Below, piece by piece: positions 12,245-26,524 of a stretch of DNA of 64,000 nucleotides. Positions within the stretch are counted from its first letter, which is position 1; each line of letters starts with the position of its first letter. Both the position numbers and the translations under genes were made by a program. The notes below the pieces were generated by a model that ran no database searches, had not been told where the DNA came from, and worked only from the letters and a program-made list of their open reading frames with translations. Source of the DNA: Epiperipatus broadwayi (taxonomy: Eukaryota; Animalia; Onychophora); contig JAQFVV010000002.1 of assembly GCA_028023455.1 (NCBI GenBank), positions 27,962,001 to 28,026,000 of the forward strand, read 5' to 3'.

Positions 12245-12772
12245 AACAGGCAAAACTCTCCATACCGTAGCGCCACTCAGGTGCAAAAAGATTTATGCAT
12301 AAAATCCCTATCTAGTGCCTACTCATACAATATCCCCAACTAGTTTCTAGATTGTGGCACTATGCATGGAGAGTTTTCTCTCTGTTTAATAGATTATGTA
12401 AGCATAGGGAATAGTGAGATCATATCGTGAAAAAATTCTTTCATTAATGGATATAAATAATCCTAATTGTTAAAATTTGAATTCTTTTACCAACTTAGTG
12501 AGTTATAAATTATAATTTTGATCTGTTAAAAGATTTTAAATTAATGTGATGCAAAACATTATCACCAATTATTTCTTATAAAACATCCTTATCAACAAAG
12601 AAATGATCCTTAATTAACAAATATCCTATTAAATAAAAGACAAATTGTCCTAAGCAAGAATTAAAACCTATTAAAAGTAAAAAGTGTGTGCGGAGGCAAA
12701 ACTCTCCATACAGTAGTGCCACTTTTGCGTAAGCATAAAGAATAATGATCATGTGATGTTTAATGGTTTAAT
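12245..12772. mobile_element. Two short family B fold-backs (12245-12430; 12684-12772)
   Basis: Inverted terminal segment joined to the sense terminus and tail (gtaagcata...gatcat). The first copy carries the 3' half of the HHR. Confidence 0.8.
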
Positions 12773-13057
12773 AAATAGTTTGTTATTAGTGATTATGATT
12801 TGAAACAAAAATTTATTTATTTTTCAGTATCTTTTATATATATATATGAAACAAATAAAATGTCCATTAATTAAAAACTATTGTAATAATAAAAATAATG
12901 ATAATTAACTATTATATACAGTCTCTCAATCCGCAGAAGTACTTTCAGTTAATTGTTTAATCCTCCTCAACTGCCGTTAATAACGGACATTTTGTTGTAT
13001 TCTATATATATAAACAGTTAATATATATTTTTATTAAGCACAAATGAGTATATGTAA

Positions 13058-13411
13058 ATACTTACGAAAGGCTTTGACCTTTGGCACTGCACTCTTCTGA
13101 ATATATTTTAACACTAGAGGGACCTTGCCAAATCTAGACCCAAGATTACGATTTTATAAAGATAAGAACGGCCATCTTATCTTTAACTTAACTTTTAATT
13201 AAATAGGCAAATCTGAAGCATCTTGATTTGAGAGCATGAAGTTGTTGATTTCTTCACTGTTTAAGTCCACTATTTCTTTTACAAACTAACATTCGCGAAA
13301 TCTTGCGATTGAAAACAAAGTAATTTTTAAGATCTTTATTCTTAGAAATCTCTAGCGTTAAAATGTATTCAGAAGAGCGCAGTGCCAAAGGTTAAAGCCT
13401 TTTGTAAGTAT
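13058..13411. mobile_element. Family A copy with ~60-bp terminal inverted repeats
   Basis: 13058-13119 is inverted at 13350-13411. The interior shares the family A hairpins and the ttaagtccac motif. Confidence 0.8.
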
Positions 13412-13550
13412 ATAATAGTTAACAATAAATAAAAATCAAACTTTGAACGAAATTGTCTTCAATAACTGATAGTTATGGAAGTTCTTAAAACAGAAATACA
13501 GTCCTGCATTCATGGTAATTGCTGTTACTTTTGTATTAATATATAAACAC

Positions 13551-13935
13551 ATGCTAATATAAAAAAGGGAACGAACCTTGTTATGCACTTTTACGAATTT
13601 ATATGCACTTGCAAGTATTGGTTTAAAAAGCATAAGTGTACGCTTTATTCTTAGAGCTTATCTGCGAACCTCTTCTCACCATACGAAATCAGGGCTTTGA
13701 CTTATAATGGGCTGAATTATAAATTGTTAAGTTTGTACAATTCACTTATCAATTTATAATTTAGGCACACAATAGGTCAAAAGCCTGATTTCAGCATGGT
13801 GAGCAGAGATTGGCTTATATACAGACAAGCGCTAAGCATACTCGTACACTTGTTTTTTAAAGATGCTTTCAGACAAGTGCATGAAAATTCATAAAAGCAC
13901 ATGACCGAAGGTTTGTTCCCTTCTTTATATTACAT
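13551..13935. repeat. Old diverged fold-back
   Basis: aagggaacgaacctt / aaggtttgttccctt and gaaatcagggctttgac / gtcaaaagcctgatttc arms. Confidence 0.75.
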
Positions 13936-14902
13936 AAGTAATCAGAGCTATATAAATAATAGACTAAATACATATTAAAAAAATAAATAAAAGTAAAGCA
14001 TATTATTACTTATATTTTAATTCCACAAATATCGGGAAAATATACGTAGGTACAAACAAAAATGTTTTATTTAGATTTTTTAAATTTTATAAAATTCAAT
14101 AATTTAAAAATACGCCCCCCCCCCCCATAATTTAGGATAATAAAAAAAAAAATGGTAGAAGTGTTTCAAAATATAATATCAAAAGAAAAAAATATATATT
14201 CACAATTTTATAATTGTGTAAAATTTGTATAGTCAAAAATTTAATAGGATAATTATATTGATTACCTTAATAAATAAGACAATCATATTTCTAAATTTAT
14301 CGGTAATAAGAATTCAACTATTGGTACATAAAATATTTATCAAATGAATTTAGTGCTTTGGATAGTCTTTTATATTAAAAAATGTACTTTTACCGTGTAC
14401 GGCTTTCTTGAATATGAGTAATCAAATATTAATGCCCCGAATCATTATTAAATAAACCACTTTGGCATTTGTCTCAATTTTAAAAAATACTAACAGGTAA
14501 AAAAATAATACTGTCATGGTATTATAGTCTAAAAGATTATGAGATTTTTTTTTTTCACGATAAATTTTAAAAAATAAAAATACATATATTTACAGAATTA
14601 ATTACAATTATCACATAATGCTTTTTTTTTTTAATCAATTTTCAGAATGTATTAAGACAGAAATGGAACACGCTAATAATCTATCAAAATAACAAAAATG
14701 TCTGACGAAAAACTACTATTTTTTTTTTATATTTCAATAACAGAAATTTTTACTCCTTTACACGAATTTCAAACATACAAACAGTTCAAGTATTAGTTAT
14801 TTGGCTTATATCTTTCAATTATTAATGGGTTTTTTCCCTCTGAAAAACGCTAGTAAAGACCAAGGTCCAAAATGGCATAATAGGAATCAGAAAGGAAAAC
14901 CA

Positions 14903-14908
14903 TTTATT
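14903..14908 (-). terminator. Candidate polyadenylation signal AATAAA for CNIH4
   Basis: First AATAAA on the minus strand, ~20 nt after the stop. AT-rich context makes chance occurrence likely. Confidence 0.25.
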
Positions 14909-14928
14909 CTGTCATGCTCGGCAGGAAA

Positions 14929-14971
14929 TCAGGAACTATCTTCTTCGACTGTGATCAAGGAAACTATCATA
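14929..14971 (-). CDS. CNIH4: Cornichon homolog 4, last coding exon (C-MIVSLITVEEDSS*)
   Basis: Acceptor cattttcctttttattAG|t atg ata gtt tcc ttg atc. It completes the phase-2 TG|T codon and resembles the CNIH4 C-terminus (S-MILALIND*). TGA at 14931-14929. Confidence 0.85.
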
Positions 14972-15078
14972 CTAATAAAAAGGAAAATGTATGGATTAAA
15001 TATTTTTACTAATTATGGGAAAGTCTATCAATATATGTAATGCGTAAATATATCTCACAAAAACATAGTTCTCTAAAT

Positions 15079-15349
15079 CAGCAGTTGGCAACCTACAGGT
15101 CGCGTAAAATTGTTGGGGTTCAAGAAAATTTTGAGTTCTCATGTTGGATAATATGCGCTTTTTTTCAAAAATCTTATGTCAAATTGTATGTACTAAAATA
15201 TAATATAAAGATATATATTTGTATGTGGTAAAATGGCATTATTATTACTATCCTAATATGCTTATAATAGGATGGTAGCATATGATAGGTTGCGTAAAAT
15301 TTCAATCTGAGTATGGAGGTCGCAAGTGTAAAAAGGTTGCGAATCACTG
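15079..15349. mobile_element. hAT-family MITE
   Basis: TIRs cagcagttggcaacct / aggttgcgaatcactg; 8-bp TSD ctctaaat / atctaaat. Confidence 0.75.
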
Positions 15350-15948
15350 ATCTAAATCACTATATATCAATTTAATGAAAAATTATTAAAATAGTCATTC
15401 AATGTCATTAATTTCTTATTTTTCTTATAGATATCTAGTTGAAACCTAATTCAACATTTTATTTTTTCATTTTCAATACCTATTAAAATAAATAATAAAG
15501 ATTAATATTTAATAAGTATATTTTAAAAATTTAATAAAGATTAAAACATTTACATTGATGAATAAATCCAAGTTTTTTTGATTACGCATAGATGCCATTG
15601 AGAGGTGGACACAAGAAAGGTTGCGTAAAATTTCAATCTGAGTATGGAGGTCGCAAGTGTAAAAAGGTTGCGAATCACTGATCTAAATCACTATATATCA
15701 ATTTAATGAAAAATTATTAAAATAGTCATTCAATGTCATTAATTTCTTATTTTTCTTATAGATATCTAGTTGAAACCTAATTCAACATTTTATTTTTTCA
15801 TTTTCAATACCTATTAAAATAAATAATAAAGATTAATATTTAATAAGTATATTTTAAAAATTTAATAAAGATTAAAACATTTACATTGATGAATAAATCC
15901 AAGTTTTTTTGATTACGCATAGATGCCATTGAGAGGTGGACACAAGAA
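15287..15948. repeat. Tandem duplication, 331 bp x2
   Basis: 15287-15617 equals 15618-15948; no difference seen by eye. Confidence 0.92.
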
Positions 15949-16128
15949 AAACAAAAATATAGGAAGTTATTTACGTTAACTCCAGTTAATATGTTAAATA
16001 ATAGAATTACTAATGCAAATATTCACATAATCATGTGCCTAAAAACAAAAATATATGAAGTTGTTTATGTTATATTCAATTAATATGTTAAAAAATGGGA
16101 TTATTTATGCAAATATTCACCAAATCGT

Positions 16129-16231
16129 GTCTTGCATTGGTGGTCAAGAGGTCAGCGCGACTGCCTTGCACTTGCAGGCAGTTGCCCGGGTTGCGGGTTC
16201 GCGTCCCGGCCGATGCTATGACTTTAAAAAA
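16129..16231 (+). mobile_element. tRNA-Gly-derived SINE with ~20-bp TSD
   Basis: aaatattcaccaaatcgtgt at 16111-16130 and 16232-16251 flanks the element. B-box-like ggttcgcgtcc. Confidence 0.9.
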
Positions 16232-17189
16232 AAATATTCACCAAATCGTGTGCTTATTTCTCTTTCTGCTAATTCGTTCATTAGGCAATTGTGATTCATT
16301 TTTAAAATGTTTGAACCCTGCAATGTAAAATGACCAAATTATTGTTTGCTAAAAGCTAGCTAGTTATATACTTTTTGGTATTTCAAAATAACATTATTTT
16401 ATATATGTCAAGAGGAAATTGTGATTGATATATATTCGTTTTATATCCATCTTCTGAATCAGAATACGTTAAATGAGAATAGCCTTTCAAAAATATTTAT
16501 TTTTTATTAATTAATTAATTTAATGATTTGAATTAAAAATCGATTAATATTTTAATCAAATTTAAATGACAAAATATGTCTTATTTAACATTAGAGAGAG
16601 AAAAATGAGGTAAAGAAAAAATGCAAATTTTTATGGAACTAAAATTAAAATATATCTCCCCCCCCTAATCGAATTTAATAAATAATTATAATTTTAAATA
16701 TATTTTTTAGATTATTTAAATTAACACGTCCATTTGTAATTTTTTGGCTTTGAGCAGTTTAGTGTAAAGAGGCAGAAAGTAAGAATTAAAGCTACCTGAT
16801 TGAATCTTACTGAGTAAAATAATAAAAAAAATCTGTTTAACCAATTAAATGAAAGTGTTTTGTTCAACAAACCTACTTTCGCAACTAATCAACTTTTTTT
16901 AATTTAAGGAGTAGTTAAAAAAAGAGTAATGATTTATTGATTATTCATTTAGGAAATATTTTTAAAATGGGGCCTTTACTTTCACCTCACTACCACTTTG
17001 CTGAAAATTCTCTAGAAAATAATATTTATTAGAAATTGTTATTGAAGTAGGTAATATGTTATAAAGAATTTATAAAAAGGATTAAAAATTATACAATTAA
17101 TCTGGATTCCATATCACCTGCCCAGAGGTTCCTAAGTTTGGGCACCTGAAATACCAAAAATGCAAATCAATCTGAGAACCTTACACTCT

Positions 17190-17400
17190 AGGTCTAACAC
17201 TTGATCCTGCATTAAATCTGCAAAAAGTACATAGAATTTTGAGGATCTTTAATGACAAATTAAAAACAGAATTTAACTATTTTAAACCAGCAAAGGGCAT
17301 TGAAATTCATCGATGGATGCTGTCATTTAGAGGAATATTATAAAATGTTTCGTTAAATCATATCAGAAAAATCCAGTGAAACTTAGCTTTTGGAATGTTC
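17190..17400 (+). mobile_element. Possible piggyBac transposase remnant
   Basis: KVHRILRIFN..F..KP..IEI..WMLSFRG..YQKNPVKL resembles the K.RP..LN..F..P..SIDE.M..F.G..Y..KP.K.G region. Confidence 0.35.
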
Positions 17401-17749
17401 TTTCAATTTTTGGTATGCGTAAGCTCAGATAAAAAACCACTGAAGTAGGGAAAAATCAGTACACAAACTGTAATTCGTTATTGTCATTATGCATAGTATC
17501 TAAAATGTTTTGCTGCCATTTCAATAATATCCCGGTTATTGTCTTCAGCGAAATAATATAACTATGTCCAAAAAATAATGGTAGCTGTAATGTTATTGAA
17601 ACAACAATAGTAGGCAATTTTATATACCATGTGAAGTCATAATATTGATTAGATCTGCTGACATATTGACCTTCCATGAACGGGTTTTGGACCTATATCC
17701 TTTTGCGCCCTTGAAAATATTCATAAGGACATATTTATGGAAATGGAAA

Positions 17750-18190
17750 AACAAAAAAAATAATTGATGATACATTACAAAAGCAGTATGAAGATATGGT
17801 GGTAAAGTTTGAAGATCTTAATTTGTAAGATCCAGAATGAATAATAAATCCATATATAAATATTGAAAAGGTTAGTGAATGTTTTGGGGATGAAGAACTT
17901 ATTGAATGATAGTAAATTGACACCACATTTTAATAATTCTTATCGAGAATTTTAACTATAAGAGAAAAAATTTCAGAACATAATTCTTGATTATGGAGCA
18001 TTGTTAAAAAATTCCAATGTCATATTTAGTTGAACACAGTTTTAGTGTCTGCATCACAAATTTTAACCAAAAAAAAAAAAAGATTTCTTATGCAAATTGT
18101 TGATCGTGAAGATTTAAAAGTTCAACCGATGTGTTTTGAACCTGAACTAACAAAGTAGTAAATCTTCACCAAACTCAAGTTTCGCATTAA
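17750..18190 (+). mobile_element. hAT (Charlie/Buster-like) transposase C-terminal remnant
   Basis: EELI, EHSFS, LTKK, DREDLK and EP..HQTQVSH* match the hAT dimerisation-region ending; many stops. Confidence 0.65.
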
Positions 18191-18795
18191 ATTTTATAAA
18201 CACAACAGTATGTTGAGCAAAAATAATTACCTCAGAACAAATTGTATTCTTTCAAATTTAATTTTTTAGAATTTATTAATTTATTTCCATTTAGATTGTT
18301 TAATAATAATTTTTTTTAATAGTTATTAGATTTAACTTTTAAAATAATTTTAGTATAGCATAGTCTTATAAAAGGAAAAAAACTCACAGAATGACAATCG
18401 AAAATCAGGGGGAAAAATGTGATATTCAAAAACAAATTGAGATGTTATATAAATATCTAAAAACTGATTGTATCCATTTACTTAACAGTAATACCTTATT
18501 TTCTTTTAATTATCTCTTTTTCTGAATATAGTTTACGATCATTTTTCATCAACTTCTTAAATTTTATTAGCTAATGCTACTATTTAGAATTTATAAGCAG
18601 ATATATTGATATCTAAATTAACACCATGACTTTCAAGACGTCAATAAAAGTTTGTTTTTTTTAAAAAAAAAAAAGAGCAGCAATATATTATTGCACAGAG
18701 TGGTAAAATTTCTAGGGCTGACCCTGTTTTTGGATAAGAATAATAATAAAATATGTACAATATAACACATAATTATTCAAAACAGAAAATCTTAC

Positions 18796-18936
18796 CAATA
18801 TAAGTAAATGAAAAAAAAGAGCAGATGATAGCCTAATTTTATCATGCTTTCTTTCATGTTACTTTTTAAATTTCCACGATTGTGAATTTCAGTTGGGTCG
18901 TAGACACCAACATTGCCTGATGGAACACTGATATAT
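18796..18936 (-). CDS. CNIH4: Cornichon homolog 4, coding exon 4 (141 nt; [46 protein letters not shown])
   Basis: Acceptor ttttacttttcttttcAG and donor tg|GTaaga. Close match to the CNIH4 motif recalled as [39 protein letters not shown]. Phase 2 at both ends. Confidence 0.97.
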
Positions 18937-20328
18937 CTGAAAAGAAAAGTAAAAAACATAAAACTAAAGCAAAAAAAAAATTAAAACTTTTTTTTTATTT
19001 TAATAATTAAGCAATATTAAAACTATAAAAGTAGAAAGGAAGAATCAAATGTAAGTTTACTTGATTGTTATATATTATTCACGTTAGCAAGGAAAATTTG
19101 ATAATTACGCCAAAAAATCACGACTCCTTGATTACATTCAACATTTGCATTAGAAATGGTAATTTATGTTCTTTATTCTATTCCAGATTTATCTATTAGA
19201 AGCTTGAATTATCAACAGATACTAGATGGTAATGATACAGTCAAATCTTCAGTGAAGAAAGCGAATAGTCAGGAACTCGTCTAGTGATTACTCAAGCTTA
19301 CAATTGTTTTGTGAGCAAATCGTGTGAATTATTTTTCCTAATGAAGAAATTGAAAGTACTCAGAAAAAGATATGTGGTACTTTACATAGTTACTACCAAT
19401 TTCAACAGCACGTAAATAATTTTTACTACTGCTTAAATATGTAACATTTACGATTATAAATCACATCACAGAACAATATCATTTTAATCCGTTATTCCGA
19501 ATTATTTGTAAGCAGACTCATAACGAATCATTTTAATAAACTTGCAAATACAATTTTACCAATGTTGATTTATTTACAATATATGTGATTGGAGGTCAGA
19601 TGAAGGAGGAATTCTTCTTTTAGTATTGATAAATGAAAAGTAAAATTGCATTTGAAAATTTATTAAAATAATTCGTTATGAGTTTGCATACAAATAATTC
19701 TGAGTTATGTATTCGAATGAGAACATTTTGTGATATGACTTTATTTAGTATAACCATCCTTATCAAAGATGTCTATATTTAGAATAAAATTGAAGTCACT
19801 ACTACTAAGACATGTATTTGAAGGGATAGTGTCAAACCTATTCAACAATGCAAGCAACTTAACTTGGGTTTAAAATCTGAGGGTGTTACTGAATCCCAGG
19901 TTATTAACTTGAATGTTATAAATTAATAAAAGTAGCACATGGATACTGTAACAGATATATTTGTCAATGGGATGTGTTTCTATGGTGATTGCAGAAACAG
20001 AAATTAAAATATGTGAGAATACTGATCCCATTCAAGACAACTTTTATGTCACACTGAACTATTTCCAAAATTTATTTATTTGTTTACCTGTTTATATATA
20101 TATTTAGTGATTACAACAGATTTGGATTTTTAAGTTAGAATTAGCAGTAAGTAATATTTAAAAAGCTTTAGGTTGCCATGGTTATTAATTTAAACCTATA
20201 TTTTCAAGATCTCCCATTATCCATTTATCAAGTGAAAAGAAAACCAAACAAGATCAACAAACTTTTTTTTTTTTAAATACTTTGTTGATTAATCTGAATA
20301 ATCACAATACATAGTACAGATTCGGTGC

Positions 20329-20370
20329 TCCTCACTGAAGAATGTCAAGAGTTTGAAACCAATCTAGGGA
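20329..20370 (+). ncRNA. Degenerate hammerhead motif
   Basis: tcctca-CTGAAGA-...-GAAAccaatc-taggga; stem II no longer pairs. Confidence 0.5.
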
Positions 20371-20412
20371 TTTAAATACAGCATTATCGTCTAATGTTAT
20401 TAAATTATTGTT

Positions 20413-20521
20413 CTTTTTTTTTTCTCATGGGTCATAGCATCAGCCAGGAAGTGAACCCATTAACCCGGGACAACTGCTTGTAAAGCAGTTGTCACTGACC
20501 TCTCGACCACTAATGCTTGAC
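20413..20521 (-). mobile_element. tRNA-Gly-derived SINE
   Basis: Reverse complement of the SINE consensus, with a T tract on the left. Imperfect TSD taaattattgttc / taaattactgctc. Confidence 0.85.
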
Positions 20522-20680
20522 TAAATTACTGCTCTTGATGCAAATCTTAATATATGGCACAGATTTAAGAATCAGCACCAAAACGAGTGCTTCCTCTTGA
20601 ATCAATTTTTAATATTTTAAGATTAAAAAAGGAACAAATATTACTGCTAACATTTTATAAGTTGTAAAAGTCATCAATCA

Positions 20681-21075
20681 ATCAGTAGTAGTCTGTCCCA
20701 TGGGCAGTTCCAGAGAGTAGTCACATTACCAATTCATCCATTTACCACTCTATTCTCTTCATTGTCCAGCTCTTCAATTCCACATAACTCTTCCCATCTT
20801 ATATCATCCAACAATGTCAATCTTTTCCATCCTTTCTTGCTTCCATTCACCATTCCCTTCAAAACATCTTTCATTAAACTATACTTCTTAAAATGTGTCC
20901 AATCCAGTTTCTTTAATTTCTTAAATCAATCTTTTTTCATCTACTGTTTTCAAAATTTCTTCATTTGTTATTTCATTCATCCAATTGATTTTTTCCATTT
21001 TTCTCCATGTCCATATCTCAAAGGCTTCCAATCTATTCCTAATTTTATTACTCACTGATTATGTTTCACAACTAT
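20681..21075 (-). mobile_element. RTE-clade LINE 3' fragment (second subfamily)
   Basis: Y.CET..RLEAFEIWTWRKMEKINW..TNEEIL; short-repeat tail. Confidence 0.8.
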
Positions 21076-24000
21076 GCAATATATATTTCAATGTGTTTAA
21101 AATTAAAATGTAGACTTTGTGACCACAAATGTGCAACACTTCCTTATGCATGATCAAAGTTGCATCAAATATCAAGTGTTTACTTTTTAAGCTCAGAACT
21201 CATCTGATCAACATTAGTTATTCTGGGAATTACTTTACTATCAACAAAAGAATAGCTAGATATTTGTTTACTGAACAATTCTTATGACCGAATTAAAAAA
21301 ATCCTGAGCTTACTTGAAAATTCATCAGCATTTGAAAAAAAATTCCACATCCCGAATTTGAAACTCAAATTACAGGCAAAAAAGCCAGTATTCATAACAT
21401 CTTTATATATAGATATAGTATTCAGATATTTTTATTAGTAATATATCTTCATGATATAAAAAAAAAAACATATAAAGATGTATATAATAAAGTTATACTA
21501 AACTGAAAGAAAAAAATGAAGGTAAGAAGCAACAAAATGGCAGGTGAAACCTTCATTCAGTAACAGTTCTTGCATTAATGTTATTATCGCCCTAAGCAGC
21601 ATATTAATGTGCAAAGGAATGGAAAATCAAAAAGGTTTTGTTTATTGTGCAAAATGAATGCATAATAAACCAAAGAACCAACAGGGTTCAAATGATCAAA
21701 AAATGGTTATCTTAAATCCTTATCAATAAGCATCAACTTATTAACAACCATGATTATGACACATATCGAAAGTACGCTTGGTTTATTTATTTTGTTCTCT
21801 ATTACAATGATTTTTATATTGTATTTCAACTGTATTTTTAAAAAAACCATATCAAGTATTTTATACTTCAGAATTCAGACTGACATAAAAAATTAGGACA
21901 AAGGGCATAAATATGAGTTGCACTTGCTGTTTTCAATATTAAAAAACCAACAACTGGATACTAGTATAATATGCAATCTTCTCGCTAATTTGATCTATAT
22001 ACTGTTTACCAATAACTCAAAAAATAACTGGTAAAAAATAAAATGTCTGCATTTATTGTTGATTTACAACTGCTAGTATATGTTAAATAAAATCAAGAAA
22101 ATAATACATTTAACAATGAAAATAATTTATTTAGTACAAAATATAAATTATTTAACAAACGTATATCAATAAAAAATAAAATGTAAATAGAAGTTCAAAT
22201 CCATAAATGAAACTCTAGAACTAAAACCATCGATAGTGGGAAGTCTATCAAATAAAAGCAAACCCAAAATATGCATTAAATAAAAACTAAAATAATCAAA
22301 CCATTACCAATCCTTCAATGAGTTGTTGCCCATTCTTTCCACAGATCCTGTAAATGTGGAGTAAATTCTATTTTGGAATCTTAGATATGGAAGAATTTTA
22401 TTGTCATAACACTTTTCAATGCATATATCTTAGCAACTAAATACCGTGGTCAACGTTTTAACACAAATAATACTAGCGAGTGAAGAGAACTTTTATCAGC
22501 TGTATACAAAAATGAAGCTATATCAGCTAATAAAATAAATGTGATTGATTACTATGATGATCGTCCAATTGTGTAGTGTGGAAATAGTGAAGTATGAAAC
22601 TTACGGTAATTGCAATATATGTTTTGGTCTACGTGAATTTTATAATTTATATATTTTACGCTCTTTCTTAAATATATTGTTTTTGCTCATTGCGCTTAAT
22701 TTTGATTGATTTGCTGCCATAAATGGTTTGATTTTTTAAATTTCATTCATGGATTTATGTTTCTGCATGTATTTTCTATTAAACAATTTCTATTTTTTTG
22801 ACTAAATATATTATTTTCATTGCTAAATATATGATTTTAGTTAACATACATCAATAACCAGGAATTCAAGAATAATTGCAGATATTTTATTTTTTTATCA
22901 ATTAGATACTTTTGGGTCATTGATAAGATGCATTATAGCTTCATCTAGTATGAAAACTATATAGTATATTGGTATGAAAAAGTGAACTGTACAGAGAAAA
23001 AAAGTAAAGTAAATATAAGAATACAGTAAAGATATATATTGAAAGGATCAAATTATTAAATATTTAGAATAACGGTAGGAAAAGCGCAGTTTGCGAGCTA
23101 TATGAGACCTCAAATCTACTGTATATGATTCCGAGACTATTAGTTTGAATTCCAAATTTCTTTATATTTCATTTAGGGGTTTTTTTTACTACTAATTTAA
23201 TAAAAAAAAAATTAAATTTTCATTTTTGCACCTAATCTAATTTAATGTTTGACAATGACCTTGTTAAAATGTCTTTTATTTCTGTATTAATTTTACAGTA
23301 TAAGTCACTTTAAACCATTTAATAAATTGCAAACTTAAAATTTATTAAATTTAGACAAATTTGTGTATAAAGATTCTGTCAAAAAAGGTTTAATAATTAA
23401 AAAATTAAGGTGCTATAATCAGGCTATTGATATTTTTAACAATTATTAACAATCTTTAATAAGCATCTATGTTAAACTTTAATGAGCTCTGATATTTAAA
23501 ATTCTATCATAAAATAATTAAAGTCCTGAATATAAAATCATTTAATGATATGAATGAGTTTTTTTACTTTTGATTTGTATTTGTAACAGTCTTCAAATCC
23601 TGGTTATGACCTTAAACTCTTAAATACTCCAGAGTTCAACTTTAGGATCGTATGATATAGATATCATATAATAAATATATAATAGTAAGAAGAGGTAAAA
23701 TGTTATTTATGATGCACATTGGTAGTTAATCAATCTGGACTTTTGAATATCAGCCATTACTCAGGCAACAAAATAGCTGATGTAATAAGTAGCAAAGGTA
23801 ACATGTTTAGTTATGTAAAAATACAATTAATATGCACTATGTATTTGTTACTGTGGTATTAATTCACACTATTTCTTCTGAAATTCGGATCTAAGAATGT
23901 TTGCAGTTCAATATAGTATGGAACAAAACGTTTACATGATTTTTGAAATTATGCTGGATTTGTGTTATTGCTTTTTCACTAGTATAATTTCCTTTAAAAT

Positions 24001-24961
24001 GTTTACATAAAAGAAAATTCATAAGGTGATAAAATGCAGATTCCGCATATATAAGATCACACCTCAAACTTATTATGCATGTCTCTTCTCATGAACAGTT
24101 TGCTGTAAATAAGTATGACCATACTTCAGAAAAAGAAAACTAGAAAAGACAAAAAAACAAAAGGTTCTTAAAAACAAATATATCGACATGTATCACACAC
24201 TGGTTCTTTAATTGGTTTCTTTCAGATCTTACAATGCTGTTAGTATTTTCTGTGGCAATTTAATATCTCAATGCTTTGACTAATTGTAGCTCTTTACTGT
24301 ACTCTATCCCACGCCAACCATATCTTCCTGCTGATTTGCCTCATCCATTAAAATCATGCTTGAGTTTACCATAAATATTTTTCTTCAAAAGTCCATGATT
24401 CACTTTACATGATCATTCTAAAGTGTTTCTTTATAATAGTAGTTCCAATATCATACCCTTTGATTTTATGAATTTGCTGTATTTTTTGAATCTTTCAAAG
24501 AATCCCTAAATAAATTTTTTTATCTTTATATTACAGATTCACTCCTTGAAATATAATAAATTAAAGGTAATACTAATGTATGTAATTAATAGAAAAATTG
24601 AAAATATTAAACAGAATCTTAATGCATTTTCAATGTTAATCACTCTTGTCAAAGGTAGTTGTTGGTGTCTGTGACAAGGGTGCACAGCTCTGTAATATTT
24701 TCAGTGTTTTTGCAGGATATATGGTATTAATACCTTTAATTGATTCCATGTAATATTTTGGGCAAAACAACAATCCCATATAAAATTATTTACTGAAATT
24801 ATTTTATCATTATAATGAAATAACTTATCATTTAACTTATTAAATGCAATAATGTACGCATTTACTTGTAATTATATATAAATATCAATACTTTAAATGA
24901 TCAAATTTCAATCAAAAAATTTATCCATTATGTTGCCTTCTATATATAAAATTTAAAAAAT

Positions 24962-25645
24962 CAATTTAAAACAAAATTGAATAGACAACTCACTATAAAT
25001 AAAAATATTATTTAATACATCAATTCGGTTTTCATTCTTTAATGGAACCTTTTCAAGATGTTGCTTTTTACACAATCACATGACAAATCTACACTAACTC
25101 CCCCCACTGGACATTATTTACATTACATTACAATAAATATAATTATTAAAATACATACATTAAATATTAGTAAAATATATATATGTACATAAAAAAGATT
25201 AAACTTATTAGTCCTTTTTACCCCCCCCCCCTCATTATATATATACAAATAATCTTAAAAAAAAAAACCAATAATAATAATCCCTTCTATTTTTAAAACT
25301 ATAACTCTATAAAGTTTCCAATAATCTAACAATTCCCATTTTCCCCTAATTGTACTCGATTTTCCTGAATATACCAAATCTCAAAACATTTTCTTTCCTT
25401 AATCATTTTTATGTACATATATGTATTTTACTAATTATACTTAATGTATTTTAATAATTATATTTATTGTAATGTAAATAATGTCCCATTGGGGAGAGTT
25501 GCTGTAGGGTAATTGGTCATGTGATGGTGTAAAAAGAAACATCTTGAAAACTTTCCATTAAGGATGAAGGCCAGAATGATGTATTAAATAATATTTTATT
25601 TATAGTGAGTTGTTCATCTCAATTTTGTTTTAAATTGATTATTTT
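24962..25645. repeat. Fold-back with ~200-bp diverged arms
   Basis: ~24962-25165 is inverted at ~25425-25645. Confidence 0.8.
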
Positions 25646-26524
25646 TAATTTTAAATAAATATTCCATAAAAGTAAATGAATTTATTAGAAATATATGTAA
25701 ACTTTAAATCTTATAAATTAAACTATAAAAATACTCTTTACAATCTCATCCCATTTGAGGATGTAATAATATATATATATACAAATGTTAAATCATTTAT
25801 TGAACATACCCACTACTTAAAAAATCTAAAGTTTTACATTAAAAAAGCAATATATAATTACTGATTTACTTTTAAATCATTTTTGCTTTTGTTTATTAAC
25901 AATTATTTCACTAGAAGGAAACCTCACAATTTCATAACTAATTAAGACAGCTATTTAATATTTATTACCATTTTACACTTAATTAAATCTGACAACTTAA
26001 AGCAAGACCACAAACAGAGTAACAGCAATTTGCATAAAGTAATTAAGCTTATTAGAGAGCAACTACATTTAAATGCCTCAGCTGATTAACAGAAATAAAA
26101 ATCAAACTGCCATACATACATTTTAAAATATTTTTTATTAATTAAAAAAGAGGCAGCTATATAAAATAATTTGAAAAAGAAAGACAATATCGGGTTAATT
26201 TTGTAAATTATAGATACATAAAATGACCAGCTGAAAAACTGGATTACTCCAAAAATGTTGTCCCGGTAAACAGCATTGTGAATAGTCAAAAAGAATTAGA
26301 TGTGGTTTTCGCATTCCGAATGCAGCACATCTTCATTTATGAACACTAGGCTTGGAATTTTTTTCAGGATGCAAAACTAATATTTCTTTCGGGTAGACAA
26401 TTCAGTTAGCTATCCGATCAATGGTCAGTTAATGGGTATTTAGTTTTTCATAACAAGTATAAATCTAAAAAAAATAATCATAAAAACCCTATTACCTGGT
26501 ATTTGACTAGCAAATATTTATTAC

